This document shows, piece by piece, positions 26,241 through 38,725 of a stretch of 64,000 nt of DNA. The position numbers and the translations under genes were made by a program. Numbering within the stretch: position 1 is the first letter of the stretch; the number at the start of each line of letters is the position of its first letter. Origin of the DNA: Trichinella spiralis (Eukaryota); assembly GCF_000181795.1 (NCBI RefSeq), contig NW_003526943.1, positions 7,647,566 through 7,711,565 on the forward strand. The letters run 5' to 3'. The notes beneath the pieces were generated by a model. The model made no database searches and had not been told where the DNA came from. It saw only the letters and a list, made by a program, of their open reading frames with translations.

Positions 26241-27001
26241 TTATCTTTTATACATTCAAATCTCTCAGCAGTAGTAATATGTCAGGTAAGAAGTGTGTTT
26301 TCATTTATTTATTGCTAATTTTTTTCTTGCTATGCATTAAAGTTGACCATTTTCTAAAAAAAAGCATATTAATCTGCACTTCCTGAACTTTATTTTGTCA
26401 TTAATTTCTTTAAAATTTAATCTTCTGCATTATTAATCAATCATCAATGCAGTTCAAACAAAAAAAAAAGTATATCCACTATTGAATGAAAATTTTGATG
26501 CAAACGTGCAGAAAAATTGCGAAAAAAATAGTCCAATAAACAAATTTTTCTTCTTTTATATTAATTTAAAAGAATATTTTTTTAATACAATTTTGTTAAA
26601 GTTCAGGATGTATTTTTGTTGTTACTGGACAATAATTTTAAAATCAAATCATGTAATTCGACAAATCATTAATTAAATTAATCGATTACTGACGATACTT
26701 TTATCAAATGCAAATTATTCACTTGCAAAAAGTGATATAATTTTATTACTGAATGAAATTTGAACATTTGCTTTATTTTTCTCAATAAAGTTACAATTCA
26801 AATTAGTGTTTAAAACAAAAATTTTTCACATGCTGTGAGTTGATTTGTTCATTTTAAAATATCTCAGAATGTAATTGAATTTCACAATCGACGACGATGT
26901 TGAGCAATGAAAAAAAAGGAAAAATAATTTTCACTTGAAACACATCAAAAAGTGTAAAATTGTTTTTTTTCATCTCAAAGCATTGTAATTTATTGCATTG
27001 A

Positions 27002-27666
27002 ATGGCAGTGAATGATGCAGAAATAAATGAGGGGTGGAAATTGAATTTTCAAGCACAACCGAAACTATTCCCATTGGAATTTTCAGGCTTGATCAACAAG
27101 GAACTTCGTGAAAAGCTGGAAAAGCGCATTGAAGATTACAGCAAACAATTGATCAGTGCCAATTGGAATTCGCTTGACGGCTTCTTCTATCCCACCAATG
27201 CTAAAGTCATTTTTCCAGATGGAAAAACTGTCAATTCCAAAGAAGGTACGGATTACTAATGCTTATTTTATCCAATAAGCAGTTTTATCCAATAAACAAA
27301 CAACAAATTTTTCTTTTGATTACTTTAATGAAAATTAAAAAAATCATATTTTGTATTTCATTTTTATATTTTTCTCATTTAGAAATTGTGAATAGATTGA
27401 AAAAAGAATCTGAAGAAAAAAAACACCAAGTTTCTTACAGAGTTGAAGAAGTCGTGGGCTGCGACGATTGGGCGTTTACTAGAGGAACTTTTAAAATCCA
27501 ATTGGACAAACAAGAATTAGATCATGGAAAGTGAGAAATGGAAAAATTAATAAAAATATAAATTCAAAATTATTTTTCAAGGTACATCATCGTCTGGAGA
27601 AAGTACAAAGATGAATATATGATTTACAATTTCATATTCAATTCTTCCAAATCAGAGGCAAAGTGA
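27002..27666 (+). CDS. NTF2/SnoaL-like fold protein (DUF4440-like)
   Basis: Exons 27002-27245, 27383-27530, 27582-27666 splice in frame. Motifs FYPTNAKVIFPDGKTV..KEEI, WAFTRGTF and GKYIIVWRKYKDEYMIY are typical of this fold. Confidence 0.8.
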
Positions 27667-27834
27667 AAAAGGAGGAGAAAATTTTCGTTTGACGCTTTTT
27701 ACAATTGAATGCAAGCAATTTTACAATTTACCAATGAAACGATTTTTCCTTTATTGCTGTACTATGGTTTTGTGCTTTTTGTTACCAGTGGCTGTTCTTT
27801 GCTTTGCGGCAGATTTCTGCTTGCTTTGCTCCTG

Positions 27835-29796
27835 TTAGCGCAAGTAGGCAATCATCATTATCAAATACAACGTTGTCAGTGCTATTGCCAAGCTAATTTT
27901 GATCACATTCAACGTGTCGCTGTTCGGGGACAATATCCGCCACGCCCATGTACTTCGCGGTCGTGAATTTTCCTTATTCAACGCGGATGTGTCGGTCGAC
28001 GACGGATCTTCAGTTGTTTCAACGCCAACGGTCGCACCGGACGACGTGCTTCTCCGGAAAGAGAAGCGAGACCAGAGCGTTTCCAATATCCGGCAGTGGT
28101 TCACACCGTGGCCAACGTGGCGCACCGTCTCAATCACCACCAACGACATCATGGCAAACACAGTTGCGGTCAGATTGAAGGCAAAATATTTAACTTGAAC
28201 AATTTCATTTGTTTAAAAAAAATAAACAACAACAAATTATTTATTCAAAGCTTCTTACCGATTCGAGGGATGCTGGCTGAACTAGACGGTAACTGAGATA
28301 GCATGTCCTCGGCTAAGACGGTTTGCAGCAAAAGATTGAACGCAAGCAGTACTACAGCCTTGTTGAACGATGCCATGGAAAATGTGATCACGGTTATGAA
28401 AGAGGTTACCAGCGTTGGCAATAGTACGGATATTGTAAAGTGTGGTGCGTAGCGTTCCATTTTGATCCAAATGTAAATCAGTGGAAAATGCAACGCGTGC
28501 TCTTCTTCCGGTGGCCATTGGCTTCGTTCTTGATCGGTCATCGCATTCCAAAAGCTGACGTTCATGTGTACATCAATCACCTTCCAACCGCTTACGATCA
28601 CTTTTTCATCTTCCCAAAAAAGATTCAACATCGGCTTTCGATCCAAAGGACGAATATCCAATTCCCTTCATAATAACAATATTATCTTTTAAAAATTTTT
28701 ATACAATGAACATTTTCAAATTGCATAAATATACATGTAAATTTTTTAAATTTGCTCGACTTGTCGTACATTCAGTCGATTCACAGTTTTAAAACACACA
28801 ATCACAGTTTAAGCTTACTTCAGATTGTAATTCCAAGATCCAAGTATCACCGGGCATGATTGAACATCGTATGGATAGTCGGTGAAATCAAATTTGCACG
28901 ACGCTTTGTACCTGAACATCGGAAAATGTTCCACTCGACCATTGGACTCCACCCAGGAATGTTGATAAAAAGTGTAACGAATTGAATCGTCCGCTTGCCC
29001 TGCTCTTAAAAAAATATGAATCTCAAATAATAAATTGAATTTGGAATGAAAAATAAAAGACACGCACGCGTTGTAAAGAATCAGATCAGGTTTCCAAATA
29101 TGCCACGAATGCATGAGCAGTCTGTTGACTCCGTTGAATTGTTCTGGATTCCAAGAGAGATATTCATCGTTCCACAACTGCAATGATAAACAAAATGGGA
29201 AATGAAATTATTATTTTTTAATTTTAAATTTACCAAATACTGAAAGCCGTGCACCGTCATCGTTTGATGTTCTTCATTCTAAACAGTAATAAATACTTTT
29301 ACAAATGAATTTCGTCCACATTATCAAAGTATTCAAAAAACAATGAGACGTAACAAAGCAGTATACAAACAAGAAGCAGATTTTTAAAAGCAATAATTTG
29401 CTTTTAATATGAGAAAAAGTAAAGCGAAAAAGGCAAACATACCACTTCTTCGATGTGCTGTATGACGGCAAAAAATAAAACAATTAATCCTTGATTTTCA
29501 TCTTTCACTGGTCTGTGGTGATGGTTGTAGGTTTCGAGAAGTGATCGTTCAAGTCCATTCAAAATTTCTTGATACGGCAACAAATCAGTAATGTTCTCAT
29601 TTGCTAAAGTGTGAAATATTTCAGTTTTAATCGTTCATTTATTATTTTTTTTGTTAGTTTAAAATCAAAATATAAATTGTACATTAACATTTTAATAAAA
29701 GGGTGAATTACATTTGTCTGGGTCTTCTTCTTCTTCTTCTTTTGCATGGGAAAATTCGAGAAATAATAATAAATGGAGAAGAAAATGTAATCTCAT
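27835..29796 (-). CDS. Cys-loop ligand-gated ion channel subunit, divergent nAChR-like non-alpha
   Basis: Signal peptide MRLHFLLHLLLFLEFSHA; WNDEYLSWNPEQFNGV; IWKPDLILYN; Cys-loop CKFDFTDYPYDVQSC; GSWNY; four TM segments; about 7 exons. Confidence 0.9.
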
Positions 29797-31103
29797 TGCT
29801 TGCTAGAACAAAGATCGAGCTAGTTGAAGCTGAACGACAACTGACACAATGAATAACACATTATCAGTATAAATAAATTTTATTTTAAATGTGGTATTCA
29901 ATTTCTGTAGAATGCTTTGACGAATTGCGTCGAGTTTATCAACTGTGAACGTAATTTGAGCGATCCTGTACGAATTGATGCTCAATATTAGTTACTATTC
30001 AAATTTCTCTCAGTTTGCCAGGCACAAGCAGATAAAACAAACATTATATCATTTTCTACATGAAAATCTACTTTGAAATTTAAATCTATATTAATTAATA
30101 ATAAAATATTGCATTACTTTCCAAAACTTATCTCGAGCAACTTCATTAAACTCAACATATATACTAATTGATGAAAAAACATAATAATAATATACATAAT
30201 ATCTTAGTGATTGATATTTAGAATTGAGTTTATTACTTTTTCAACGTTATAAATTGTTATTCATTCCAAAACTTTACAAATAATAATGTAAAAAATTCAC
30301 TAAAAGATTTTGCAATGAAATGTCAATGCAATAAAGCCAAAATAGCTAATAATTGAAAACATGCACATACACATGAAAATTGCAAAGTTTTTCAACGTAA
30401 TTTCAGAAAAATACGACGTAGAAATGTAAGAATCTTCAAGAGTTTTTATGATGAGTTTGAAAGGATTTTACATCTGAATCTGTCAAGTATTATGTTTAAC
30501 AAATTAATTATTCTCATAAATATGTTTTTATTTATTGCAGGCTATTATTATATTAAAAAATGACAAAATATTTTCATAATCATACATGCATTCATAATAA
30601 TTAACTTGAATCTCGCATGATAAAATCAATGAACATTGTCAGCAGCTTTCTAAAAGAAGGATAAATTTATTGAGTGAAAAAACATTTTTCTTGCTTTAGA
30701 TAACTTTTAACATGAAACAAAGAGAACGGTGATTTTAGTGGTAGTAATATGAGAATCAGATTCACCTAAACACTGATCATACCGTGAATTAAATAACAAC
30801 AAATGACGATCATTTTGAAAAAAATTATTTTAATACAACATTCTTTGAAATGACAATAAAATTGCATCTACTTTTTAAAGCTTCACAAATATTAAGCTGA
30901 ATGATCATTGTCATTCATAACAAGTTCATGTTGCTTTACGAAATTACCAGCAAATTACTTATCAGCATTCTATCAGCCATTTCCATTCTTTAAACTTGCA
31001 TAAAAAATAACAATAAAACGATGATTTAAATTTAATTGCCTCTTTACTTATAAAAAAGCACAGTCACATACAAATAATTTTCAAATCAGGCACATCATTA
31101 TTT

Positions 31104-31514
31104 CTACAGTTTCCCAGCTTCTTTTAAACGATCGGCCAAATTCTGCGGGCAAGATTGCAACAAATTCTTCGAACACATGTGTTCTACCATCTTGTATATA
31201 TCAGCATTTCTAAAAACAACCTGTTAAGTACAATTTAGCAAAATTCAAATTCAGCAAATACAGAATTCACAATAACATCGAAAAACAAAAGCTTTATAAC
31301 ATTAAATTCAAATTCTCTCAGCAAACAAAAATGAAATTGTACATATAAAAAATAAAAGATACTTCATATATTCAAGTTGTCGATTGTGGCGAGGAATGCA
31401 AATCAAATGCCAAATTGTGAAACCCAAACCCATAGAAAATGCGATTCCAGAAATAATTACTTTGCGCATAAACATTCCATTCAGATTACGCAACTGTGGC
31501 TTCGCAATCGACAT
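31104..31514 (-). CDS. COX6C: Cytochrome c oxidase subunit VIc
   Basis: Exons 31514-31363 and 31209-31104 give MSIAKPQLRNL...one TM helix...IPRHNRQLEYMKNADIYKMVEHMCSKNLLQSC, matching the KPQLR start and Y..D....M....LQS tail. Confidence 0.88.
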
Positions 31515-32584
31515 ATTTCTAGAACATATAAAAGTAAATACATTTGAATGTAAACAACATTAAACTGTAAGAAATTAAATGACATCAAAATAAAGTTAAT
31601 AAATAACTATAACAATAAATAAATAAATGATAAGTTAACAAAACAACAGTAAGTATAACGAAGAGTAAGTTAAGGAATTTGGTTCGAAAAATGAAGTCTA
31701 ACCAATCAGTCAAAACCTTTTTCCAAAAAAGCAGTAACAATAAGCTCAAAGCAAAAGGGACTAACACTTAAAAAATGACTACTGACTACTAATGCTCAAA
31801 CTGCTTAGAAAAACACAGTGAAATAAACTGTTAAAAAACAGTACCTGAAATGCTCGCAGTAAAAGAAATTATTTTCAATGACAGTATGGGATGCAACAGT
31901 ACGCTTTATTAATAATTAAGTAAAAAATTTAAAACGTCATAATAATTTTTGAGTATTTTAGTAAAACACTAAAAGAAAACTATAATACAACAGTAAAAAA
32001 TAATTAAATAAAATATAACTTAATAAATAGATTTGTTTTGAACAAAAATAGAATTAAAATATTTGTACTTTTTAAATCATAATACAAAGAATTATACTAT
32101 ACATTTTTAATCAGAAATGATAAATCAGCTAAACAACAAGCAAAGCCAAATAATTATAAAATAAATAAGTATGAAAGAAGAACTTGATCAAAATAAAAAC
32201 AAAATTTCAAATAGATTAGTCCAGTTAACATGATAACAGACATGATAAAAAATATTAAAAAATGAAATTTTCATTTTGAAGCACTTTTCATCAGAAAGAC
32301 TGAGATTTTCATCAGAAGCAATTGAAATTTGAAAAATAAAAAATGAAAGAAAATATGAAAAAATGAAATATTAAAAAATGAAATTTTATAAAATATTTGC
32401 CGTTTAATTGAAAAATAAAAATGATAAAATTTAATATTCACAAAAATTTAAAAGAATATAAGAGCAATGTAATAAATATAAATAATAAAATTGAAAATGT
32501 AAAATTTTATAAATAATTCAATAATATTTCGTAGTAAATATGTATTGCTTAATTGTATTAAGAATTGAAAGATAATACTCATTG

Positions 32585-32658
32585 GGGAGCGTGTAGCACG
32601 GTGGTAAGCCACATAGCTTGACGTGCTGAACTCATAGGGTTCGATTCTCGCTGCCTCA
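32585..32658 (+). ncRNA. tRNA-derived element (pseudo-tRNA or SINE head), copy 1
   Basis: A-box TAGCACGGTGG, B-box GGTTCGATTC, anticodon-like arm AGC-TTGACGT-GCT; T-stem and acceptor stem are imperfect. Confidence 0.6.
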
Positions 32659-33567
32659 TGAAAATATGAAATGTAATCCTAATGCATGCTGCTCTACAGA
32701 TCCATCAGGTTCGTATCCCGAATCTGCCGAGATGTATGGAATTTATACGACCAGTGGATTCCTGCTATCTCTTTTACAACGTACACTGTTCTACAGCTGC
32801 TACGTGCTTAATAGCTTAGCCTCGACGAGCGCAGAGTCAACGGCGCGTGTCCATCTAGCAGACAGCGCTCTTTCGCCGCATGCAATATTTTATTCCTTAT
32901 AATAAAAAACATTTTAAATATTCACATAAACAGCTTTATCCAGCAGCTGCACTACCAATAGCGCAATAATTAAGAAGCATTGGTAGATGGGCTTTCAGTT
33001 GAATGTAACAGAAATAAATTTAGTAAAATCGAACGTCTATATAGAGAGAATAAATGTATCACATCTCGGTCAGGAAATTAGATGACTGAAAGTTTCGAAT
33101 CACTTTTCACCAACTGTTGATTGTTAAAATATATTAAATCAAAATATTGCTTATCATTTTCAGCATTTTGAAAAACATTTTACAGCTTGTCAAAACTAAA
33201 AATGAAATATTTTTAAATGATAAAATTTCCTTAAGAAGAGAAAACAAAATGATACAAACTGCTAAAAAGAAATAACATGAGCAAATGCCTGAAATGTTCA
33301 CACTGAAAGAGAATATTTAGAACAGCGGTATGCGGCTGCATAGGATGCAACAGTACGCTCTATTATGCCCCAGATGGTCTTTTCAGACTATGTATTTATT
33401 TGGATTTTGGGATCTGGTGTTATGACTCCAACTACGAAATGCCAGTTTGTCGCCTTTTATGTCAATGAATTGTTATGTAACTGAACTTGCACTTTTAAGC
33501 TTCCATACACTTTATTATAATAATAATAATTTTTGATACAGACATGTTGATGAATTTGAAATGATCT

Positions 33568-34270
33568 CTATGTGGAGGTGGTTGGCTTGTCATAACAGTT
33601 GCGACAGATTTTGTAGACGTGCTTTGTGCAGCACGGCACCTAGCATAATTCACAACATTTTATTTTTATCTTTCTTGGGTCGACTTATCACGATGAGGTG
33701 TCAGTATGAGCCCCCTAAGCGCTTCTAATAACCTTTTTCATATGCCCGAACAAACTTCACAATATAAATATTCCGCCTTTCGATTTAGAGTATTTTCTAA
33801 ACGATTTCTACCACATTCTAACAGAAATAGCCTTCTTCGAGGCAATAGGAATCCCCGAATTTTTTGGTATGTAGCTTACTAGTGTAGCTTGTTTGTAACA
33901 ATTGAGAATGAAATCACCCTGGTAATAAGCAGATAGAAACAATTTATCTACTGAATCTCAAACATGCAAAGGAGAACGATCATTCTGCAGATATTCTTCC
34001 AGCAGTACTGCTTTACTTGCCTTTCGCCGATTCTTCCAGCAGTATTTGTTACTGCTTTTATATTAAATAAACTCTGCCAAGCGGGAAGTATTTTTCCTGC
34101 CAACAATGTTTAACTTCAAACGCTAGGAATTGGAGTTCTTTAACACAAGCTCTAACAATTGTTCGTAAAATCTAAATGCCTATCATCAATGCCTAGGATC
34201 AAATGTCCTTTTGACATTGGTCATCCCATTGTTATGCTTCTTCCATACAGCTGGGATGGTAAATATTTGC
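33568..34270 (-). mobile_element. Decayed piggyBac transposase remnant
   Basis: Multi-frame translation gives GRSITMG* (cf. GRNITxDN), KLNIVGRKN (cf. KLTIVGTVRKN), ATLVSYIPK (cf. LVSYxPK) and a Cys-rich tail KCCELC*VPCCTKHVYKICRNCY in the expected order, with many stops and frameshifts. Confidence 0.65.
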
Positions 34271-34596
34271 CAAATGTAAAGTGAACATTTTTGACTAATG
34301 ATTAAAAAATAACTGTCACAATAAACATTCTATTTTTAACAAGTGCAGTTGACATGATAAAAAAATGATAAAAAACATTTAAAAAATAAAATTGTCAAAT
34401 TTTATAAAATATTTGCTGTTGAATTAAAAATAAAAATGATAAAATTTAATATTCACAAAAATTAAAAAGAACATAAGAGCAATGCAAAAAAATATAATAG
34501 TAAAATTGGATATGTAAAATTTTATAAATAATGCAATGTTTCGTAGTAAATATGCGTTGCGTAATTATATTAGGAATTGAAAGATATTAATCGTCA

Positions 34597-34770
34597 TGCA
34601 GCGTGTAGTACGGTGGTAAGCCATACAGCTTGACGTGCTGAACTCATAGGGTTCGATTCTCGCTTCCCCATGAAAATATCAAATATGATCCTAATGCATG
34701 TAGCACGGTGGTAAGCCATATAGCTTGACGTGCTGAACTCATAGGATTCGATTCTCGCTGCCTCATGAAA
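34597..34770 (+). ncRNA. tRNA-derived element, copies 2 and 3 in head-to-tail tandem (95-bp period)
   Basis: gtagYacggtggtaagccataYagcttgacgtgctgaactcataggRttcgattctcgct..c..atgaaaatatc starts at 34605 and 34700. Confidence 0.65.
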
Positions 34771-35710
34771 ATATCATGATATAATCGTAATGTGCGTTGC
34801 TCTACATCAGCATATTGGTCGTCACGTTTATGTAGTCGAAAGTCATGCAGTCTAACGTGCAATCCAAAGGGGAATCAGAAGCTCATCCAGAACCGGAGCA
34901 CCCCTCCAAACATTTTATTCCAGAATGCTTACAGTGTGCGAAGGATACCTCCTTTTCACCAAAAGATTAAATAAGAATTCCTCTAAATGAGCATTCAAAA
35001 ATGAGACCATATTAGCATTCATACAAATTTTTCAATTGCACTGGCAATTAATAATGTGAACCTTAACAACTGGTCGCATATGCAGCTCTGCCCTGCAGTT
35101 ATAATTTTTTACAGTATTTCTTGTTTGTAGGTATTGTGTTTGTTAAATCTGTTAAAAATTTTGTTTTCATTTTGGTCAAATTTTTTTATCCAATTTTATT
35201 TATTCTATAAATATTTATCTACAATTGTTCTTTTGCTAAATAATTATTTGCTATTTTTGTTTTCTAGTGTGTTTTCTAATTGCTTTAAATGTAATTTCAG
35301 CTGCTCTGCTGAGCGATCAGTTGTCTGATTAATTCACATAATCGAATACAGTTTTCGCCCTTATTCATAGTATATTGCTGTAGATCACATAAACTTACAT
35401 CTGTGAATTAAACGAGAAAGAACAGACATGGTAAAAAAAAATTCCATTTAAACAAATATCATTAAAATTTAATGCTAGAAATAAAATACTGTTAATAAAT
35501 ATTATGAATTATTATTTTCAAATAATTGTAGTCTACAGATTACAATAAAATGATTTCAGAAAAAATTAGTGATATTTTATTTATTCATAATTTTATTAAA
35601 TGAACATATAAAATAAATATCAATTTCACAAATTTAAGCTTACGCATTAAACGTCAAAGTAATAACAAGTTAAAATGAATTACAATACAGAATAATACGA
35701 GTAGGAATAA

Positions 35711-35986
35711 TCATTCTTTGTCGGCAGTTTTATTTCCAGTATGATCTGGATGTTGATTGCAGCTAAGTTTAACAAGCTTTTCATACAATTTTTCAGCTCC
35801 ACGACAGCTTTGCATAAAGAGCCAAAGGAAAAAAAGTTAATTTTAGCAACCAATAAAATGAGAAAATGTCGCCCATAAAGTGAGCAAAAAAATCACCATG
35901 GTAAACAACCAAAAGTAACCCCAATAAAGCATCCATTGATTAAAATGATTTTTTCTTCGACTTCGATCTCCATAATCGTTTTCATG
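35711..35986 (-). pseudogene. REEP5/YOP1 (TB2/DP1/HVA22) family 3' exon with several frameshifts (pseudogene or contig-end errors)
   Basis: Joining frames gives MKTI..FNQWMLYW(VTFG)..DFFAHFMGDIFSFYWLLKLTFF-LWLFMQSCRGAE-LYEKLVK..*; tttcag acceptor at 35987. Confidence 0.7.
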
Positions 35987-36223
35987 CTGAAATCCGTTAA
36001 AAATAAAATGATGATTTAATATTCCCAAGATTAAAACGAACNNNNNNNNNNCTTTGTCGCATTGGTTTTTTTTGTCTAATTGCTCATTGATTCAAACTCT
36101 TCAGTTGTGATTAAGATTTGACGGTCCAATAAAATAGCGTGGGTAATGACCAATGAGAGAAAAGCGGGACCGAGTAGTACCAAACCAATTTTAAATTTCA
36201 AACATGTTCCTTTTTATTTTCAG

Positions 36224-36506
36224 GATATTCTGGGGCCGATGTGACAGAACTTTGCCGAGAGGCAGCCATGTATCCAATACGCGAAATGGAAGAGATTGAA
36301 AATATCCAACTGGACCAAGTATGCGTATGTTATTGGAATTTGCTGACGTTGTGTATTGAATATTTAAATTTCAGGTGCCACCAATCTCGCTTGATCATTT
36401 CAAAAATGCTTTAACAGCTGTCAAATCGACCGTCTCGTCGAATGAAATTGCATTTTACGAACATTGGAACGAGCAGTATGGATTTTCCGCTCCTGGGAAC
36501 AGGTGA
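36224..36506 (+). CDS. Fidgetin-like / meiotic-clade AAA ATPase, last two exons
   Basis: Exons 36224-36318 and 36375-36506: GYSGADVTELCREAAMYPIRE..QVPPISLDHFKNALTAVKSTVSSNEIAFYEHWNEQYG, an AAA lid plus Vps4_C-type tail. Confidence 0.85.
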
Positions 36507-36932
36507 TTCTACTCAGTTTGAATCTTCTTTTTTCTTCCCCACCCTCCCCCCTATGCTTTATGCCATATTAATCAATGTTTTCATTTAAATAAAAAAAATT
36601 TTCGACTGATATTATTAATAAAAAAGAGTTGAAAAAATTTTTTCATTTCAGTTTTCAACCCCCAGCAGCAATTTATTGAATTTGATTGAATGCTGCTCCT
36701 TTTTTTACCATTTTACCCGGTGCATCTTTATTTATTGATTATGTTTGTGGTTCATAAAGAAAAAAAAAGCACAATGGATATTTCTGTTTTATTCTTTATT
36801 ATCAAACAACAACAGCACTTGAGATGCGATCAAGAAGAATTTCAGTTTTATCCCTTTTTCCGAGCATCTCGTGTTGTTCAGTCGACCTGCCGCCGTATAT
36901 TTGGCTACCCGTCTGTTGTCGACACGTCTCCA

Positions 36933-38725
36933 TCAGCCTTTGAATTTGTCAGGAGCCGGCCCTCGTCCGTACGATTCCATCTCACGCCGTCTCTGGACGA
37001 ATCTCCAGACCAACGCTTGAGCGGTGGTCAGGTTGTTGGTGACAGCGCGACGGAATCGCATTCTGTTGTTATACGGTGGCAGACGAAAGCTGGGCGGCGG
37101 ACTGGTGAACGCCCTGTCGCTGTACTTCTGCCATACCGTGGACCGGTGAATTGGACAAGAGCGCGGGGTCGCAGGGGGAATCACCCGAATATTGTCCACA
37201 TCCACCGGTTCTGGGCTCGTCTGCCGCTGCTTGGTCTCTGCAGTATCGACGAGCAGCTCGACCGGTGCCGCCTTCAACGCCAGCATACTCTGTCCGCGTA
37301 TGTCTAGCACGGCCGACGGCTTTTCAGCGAGCAGCTTGTCGATGTCGAACGATGGTCTGTCCGACAGAATGCAGCTTTCTGGAAGCGACGACCCCGACGG
37401 ATTGGTCGGGTCGAACAACACCACTATGACACTGATGTTGTCGGATCGCAGGCGACTGCACCGGATCAACGCCTGCCTGGTTATCCACCGAGCATGATTT
37501 TTCGGCAGGGTATAGTTCTGAAATTGGCAGTAATCGATCATTTATTACCATTGTTGATATCAGGGAAATGGAAATGTTGAAAAGTAATTTATTTTCACCT
37601 TTGTTTTGGGCGTTTGGTCAGCTTTTTCTTTCCACTCGCCACAGTTGATGATGTCGATGACAGTTTGGGCGTCGAGAATATTCCACAAGCCATCCGAAGC
37701 GATCACCAAACAAGCGTCTTCTTTTTCCAACTGAATGACGCTGACGTCTGGCTCTGGACTGACGACATACTGTTTCGACGATGGATTGTATGACCACAGA
37801 TCTCCTGAAAAAAATAAAACTTCAGCACAGTTGTTCGATCGGCCAGCTGGCCTGTTCTTACGGTAAAGACATACGTACCTAAAGATCTGGTCAAATTTAA
37901 AAATGGAACCTTCACGACGGCTGGCGTTTCGGTTGAAGTGCCCGCATTGGGAACCGCCGGTTGGTTCCAGATGACACGTTTCCCGCTGTTCGTGTCCGCC
38001 ACTTCTCCGCCCACTTCGGCGAGGCGCTTCTTCTCGGCCGGCGCATCCGGCTTGTGATCCACAGTTAACTTCACCGCGCCGACAGATCCGTCTGAAATTA
38101 CAAATCAAAATGGTAAAGCATAACAGCTCCTGAATCAGTCCCAGTCGAAACTTCTACCTCGATTCCTTTTGCCCAGCACAACAGTCGAATCTCCAACGTG
38201 GCCAATGTAAATTTTGTTCTGTCGAACGAAAGCCACACTGGCAGTAGTACCGGACGTGCTTGGCAAGCCGGAGGATGTTTGAGGCCATTTTTCTAAAACA
38301 ACAAAGTAGCACATCGTGAATATTTGCCATAAATGCAGCAGTAGCAACCAATTCTCTATAAACTCTCGAAACTTACTGATTTCTTTGGTCATTTGTTCGT
38401 GGGTTTGCAAAAAGCCGTCGGTGATGGCTTTCAGCACGTCGTTGTCATTTTTCGACCAGAACATTTTCTGCTGGGTGATGTTGTCGTGCAGATGCTTTCG
38501 TGCAAATTCGCTAGCCTCGGCACCTCCGTGACCGTCGAAAATGCCGAAATAAGCATAACCGGCACGATTTCTTGTAACTTTGGTACAGCAACGAATGCTG
38601 AACCTGTCTTCCATGTATTTCCGAGAGCCGCGGCAAGAGCAAGTGCTGATGCTCAGATTGTTGGACGCAGCCGACGACTCTGGACTACTCTTTTTCGAAG
38701 GCATTTTCCCTTGCTGACAGTACAT
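36933..38725 (-). CDS. PPM1D: Protein phosphatase 2C, PPM1D/Wip1 type
   Basis: RKYMED, FGIFDGHGG, WPQTSSGLPSTSGTTAS, HVGDS, LTVDHKP, RVIW, PFLNLTRSLGDLWSY..VVSPEPD, ASDGLWN and DNIS motifs across about 5 exons. Confidence 0.9.

Larger units (their letters stand above)
32239..34770 (+). repeat. Diverged local direct duplication (32239-32688 vs 34351-34700; also 31845-31910 vs 33288-33365)
   Basis: Long colinear matches such as aaaaataaaaatgataaaatttaatattcacaaaaatt..taagagcaatg..tttcgtagtaaatatg..gaattgaaagat in both copies, and cctgaaatg...ggatgcaacagtacgct in the second pair. Confidence 0.85.

Noticed and set aside
34941..34948. GTATCCTT on the minus strand, resembling a U12-type 5' splice site
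   Set aside because: No flanking gene model or branch-point consensus found; an 8-mer can occur by chance in 64 kb.
35843..36028. 61-aa ORF as an independent membrane peptide
   Set aside because: It is one frame of the frameshifted REEP exon plus intron sequence.
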